From Candidatus Nealsonbacteria bacterium CG23_combo_of_CG06-09_8_20_14_all_40_13 (GTDB lineage Bacteria; Patescibacteriota; UBA1384; UBA12157_A; GCA-002773005): a stretch of DNA of 37,309 nucleotides. Shown here piece after piece: positions 36,272 to 37,309 of this stretch. Under the pieces are notes generated by a model. The model did not search any database. It was given only the letters and a program-made list of their open reading frames with translations, and was not told the DNA's origin. Position numbers and translations under genes: made by a program. Numbering within the stretch: position 1 is the first letter of the stretch; each line of letters begins with the position of its first letter. Location: positions 1 through 37,309 of the forward strand of contig PCRM01000039.1 in the NCBI GenBank assembly GCA_002771215.1. The letters are read 5' to 3'.

Positions 36272-37113
36272 TATATTAACTCCTTTCTAATGGCTAAATA
36301 GAAATTGTGTTTCCTATTTAGATAATATTGGGCATTTAGATAAAGCCAATCAAAAATTCTCAAAGCCTGTTTATTGCCTCTATATCGCAAAGCAAAATGA
36401 TTGCTTTTTTTAATATTGCGCGTCAATTTAGTTCGATTTAAATTTAGGTACCTGATTAGGAATTTTTGAATATTTGATAACAAACCCTTAGAACCAACAA
36501 TTTGAAAAAGAAGTGAACGCTTTTTTTTATCCCACAATATACTGCCATCTCCTTCGAATACCCCAAGAATGAAGGATTTAATAATTTGTTCGTCATTATC
36601 TCTTTTTAATATTTCTGGAAAATTCTCCTTCGTAGATTTATTGGTTTTTATACCAATCTCCTCAATCCTTCTAACTAATTTAGCGCTGGTTATCAAAAGG
36701 GCGATTTGAAAATATGTTTTTCTTGTTTTTTTTAGTTGAGTTTTCATCTTAATTAATTTTCCTGTGTAGAATAAAAGCTTTCTAATTTTCTGTAAAACAT
36801 CCTTATCTTTAATTGAAACTTTAATTCCAAATCTGGGCGATTTATCGTTCCCCCTCACAAACCCATCACTAACAAGCCAACCTAAAACCCAAGCATTTTC
36901 ACTATTAATCTGATCGAAATAATTTTCATTGACATGATATTTTCTTTGGCCCAGCTTTCGAGTTTTGTCTTTTGCTTTGAGTCCATATTGTCTCATTCTA
37001 TGTGAAATCACCCATTGAGAAATTTTTAATTCTTTTGCGATTAAATCTTGCGACAGATTTTTAATAAAATATCTGTCAATTATAAAAGTTTTTGAAATTT
37101 GGTATTTTCTCAT
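36271..37113 (-). CDS. LAGLIDADG-family homing-endonuclease-like protein with N-terminal HTH
   Basis: Two LAGLIDADG motifs, LGWLVSDGFV and LGVFEGDGSI, about 100 aa apart. N-terminal IAKELKISQWVISHRMRQYGL is HTH-like. ATG 37113; the stop forms a TAATG overlap with the rfbA start. Confidence 0.75.
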   Translation of the reverse strand: MRKYQISKTFIIDRYFIKNLSQDLIAKELKISQWVISHRMRQYGLKAKDKTRKLGQRKYHVNENYFDQINSENAWVLGWLVSDGFVRGNDKSPRFGIKVSIKDKDVLQKIRKLLFYTGKLIKMKTQLKKTRKTYFQIALLITSAKLVRRIEEIGIKTNKSTKENFPEILKRDNDEQIIKSFILGVFEGDGSILWDKKKRSLLFQIVGSKGLLSNIQKFLIRYLNLNRTKLTRNIKKSNHFALRYRGNKQALRIFDWLYLNAQYYLNRKHNFYLAIRKELI

Positions 37114-37198
37114 CAATGCATCCCAATCAAAATGACGCCTTTCATATTTTCTCCTGTAGATTGAGGATATTTTATAATAGCCAAACTGTCAAATATAA

Positions 37199-37274
37199 TG
37201 GCGCCCTCGGGCCGATTCGAACGGCTAACCTTCAGATCCGCAATCTGACGCTCTATCCATTGAGCTACGAGGGC
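37199..37274 (-). tRNA. tRNA-Arg (anticodon GCG by manual fold), 3' CCA encoded
   Basis: Hand-folded cloverleaf: acceptor GCCCTCG/CGAGGGC, D arm GCTC-AATGGATA-GAGC, anticodon arm TCAGA-TTGCGGA-TCTGA, T arm (A)GCCG-TTCGAAT-CGGC(C), discriminator G, CCA. Confidence 0.8.
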
Positions 37275-37281
37275 AAAATTT

Positions 37282-37309
37282 GACGAGCAGCTCTATCCGC
37301 TGAGCTACA
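37282..37309 (-). other. tRNA 5' fragment (acceptor end plus D arm) with no room for the rest of a tRNA
   Basis: Minus strand reads ..TG-TA-GCTC-AGCGGATA-GAGC-T-GCTCG. Only about 9 nt then separate it from the tRNA-Arg 5' end, and the upstream part is cut by the window edge. Confidence 0.35.

Overview
Gene-dense, AT-rich bacterial chromosome segment read with the standard code (TGA acts as a stop). The tiny spacers, TAATG/ATGA-coupled genes, H+-pyrophosphatase, VanW, LAGLIDADG and retroelement genes, and the large envelope-glycan locus resemble a Patescibacteria/CPR-type genome. That placement is inference only, since no search could be run. Layout: (i) 1-14.9 kb holds the ssb tail, rpsR, a PRC-barrel protein, a MacB-type ABC pair, groES-groEL, trpS, an epimerase, GDP-mannose genes, VanW, DUF3006 and hppA. 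(ii) 15-30 kb, all on the minus strand, is a surface-polysaccharide locus with GT4 x3-4, GT2, a clan GH-A hydrolase, two Wzy/O-antigen-ligase-like proteins, a Wzx flippase, a GT-C enzyme, an FAD oxidoreductase and a small EamA/SMR-like protein. (iii) 29.3-37.1 kb carries the dTDP-rhamnose genes (rfbA, rfbC, rfbB, rfbD), interrupted by a LAGLIDADG gene, a GxxExxY gene and a complete diversity-generating retroelement (DGR). A tRNA-Arg and an orphan tRNA 5' fragment follow. The main call is the DGR at 30.15-32.93 kb. It has a template repeat (31539-31670), a variable repeat (32005-32136) at the 3' end of a G+C-rich 312-aa target ORF, an Avd-like gene and a DGR-type reverse transcriptase. Its unusual points are an RT split by a frameshift inside an (AG)8 tract, an inverted avd whose start overlaps the RT start, and a terminator-like hairpin between TR and RT. 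Second-tier signals are two dispersed repeat families that also sit in frame inside housekeeping genes. One is a G+C-rich TACCCCG-ended palindromic element, including a 117-nt in-frame insert in rfbC. The other is a set of 7-nt-periodic A-tract arrays, including a 32-nt perfect copy inside rfbA and an (ATTGAAA)4 tract inside hppA. There is also a 42-bp tandem repeat upstream of the GDP-mannose genes. All protein calls rest on motifs read from the supplied translations; no database, HMM or folding computation was run.
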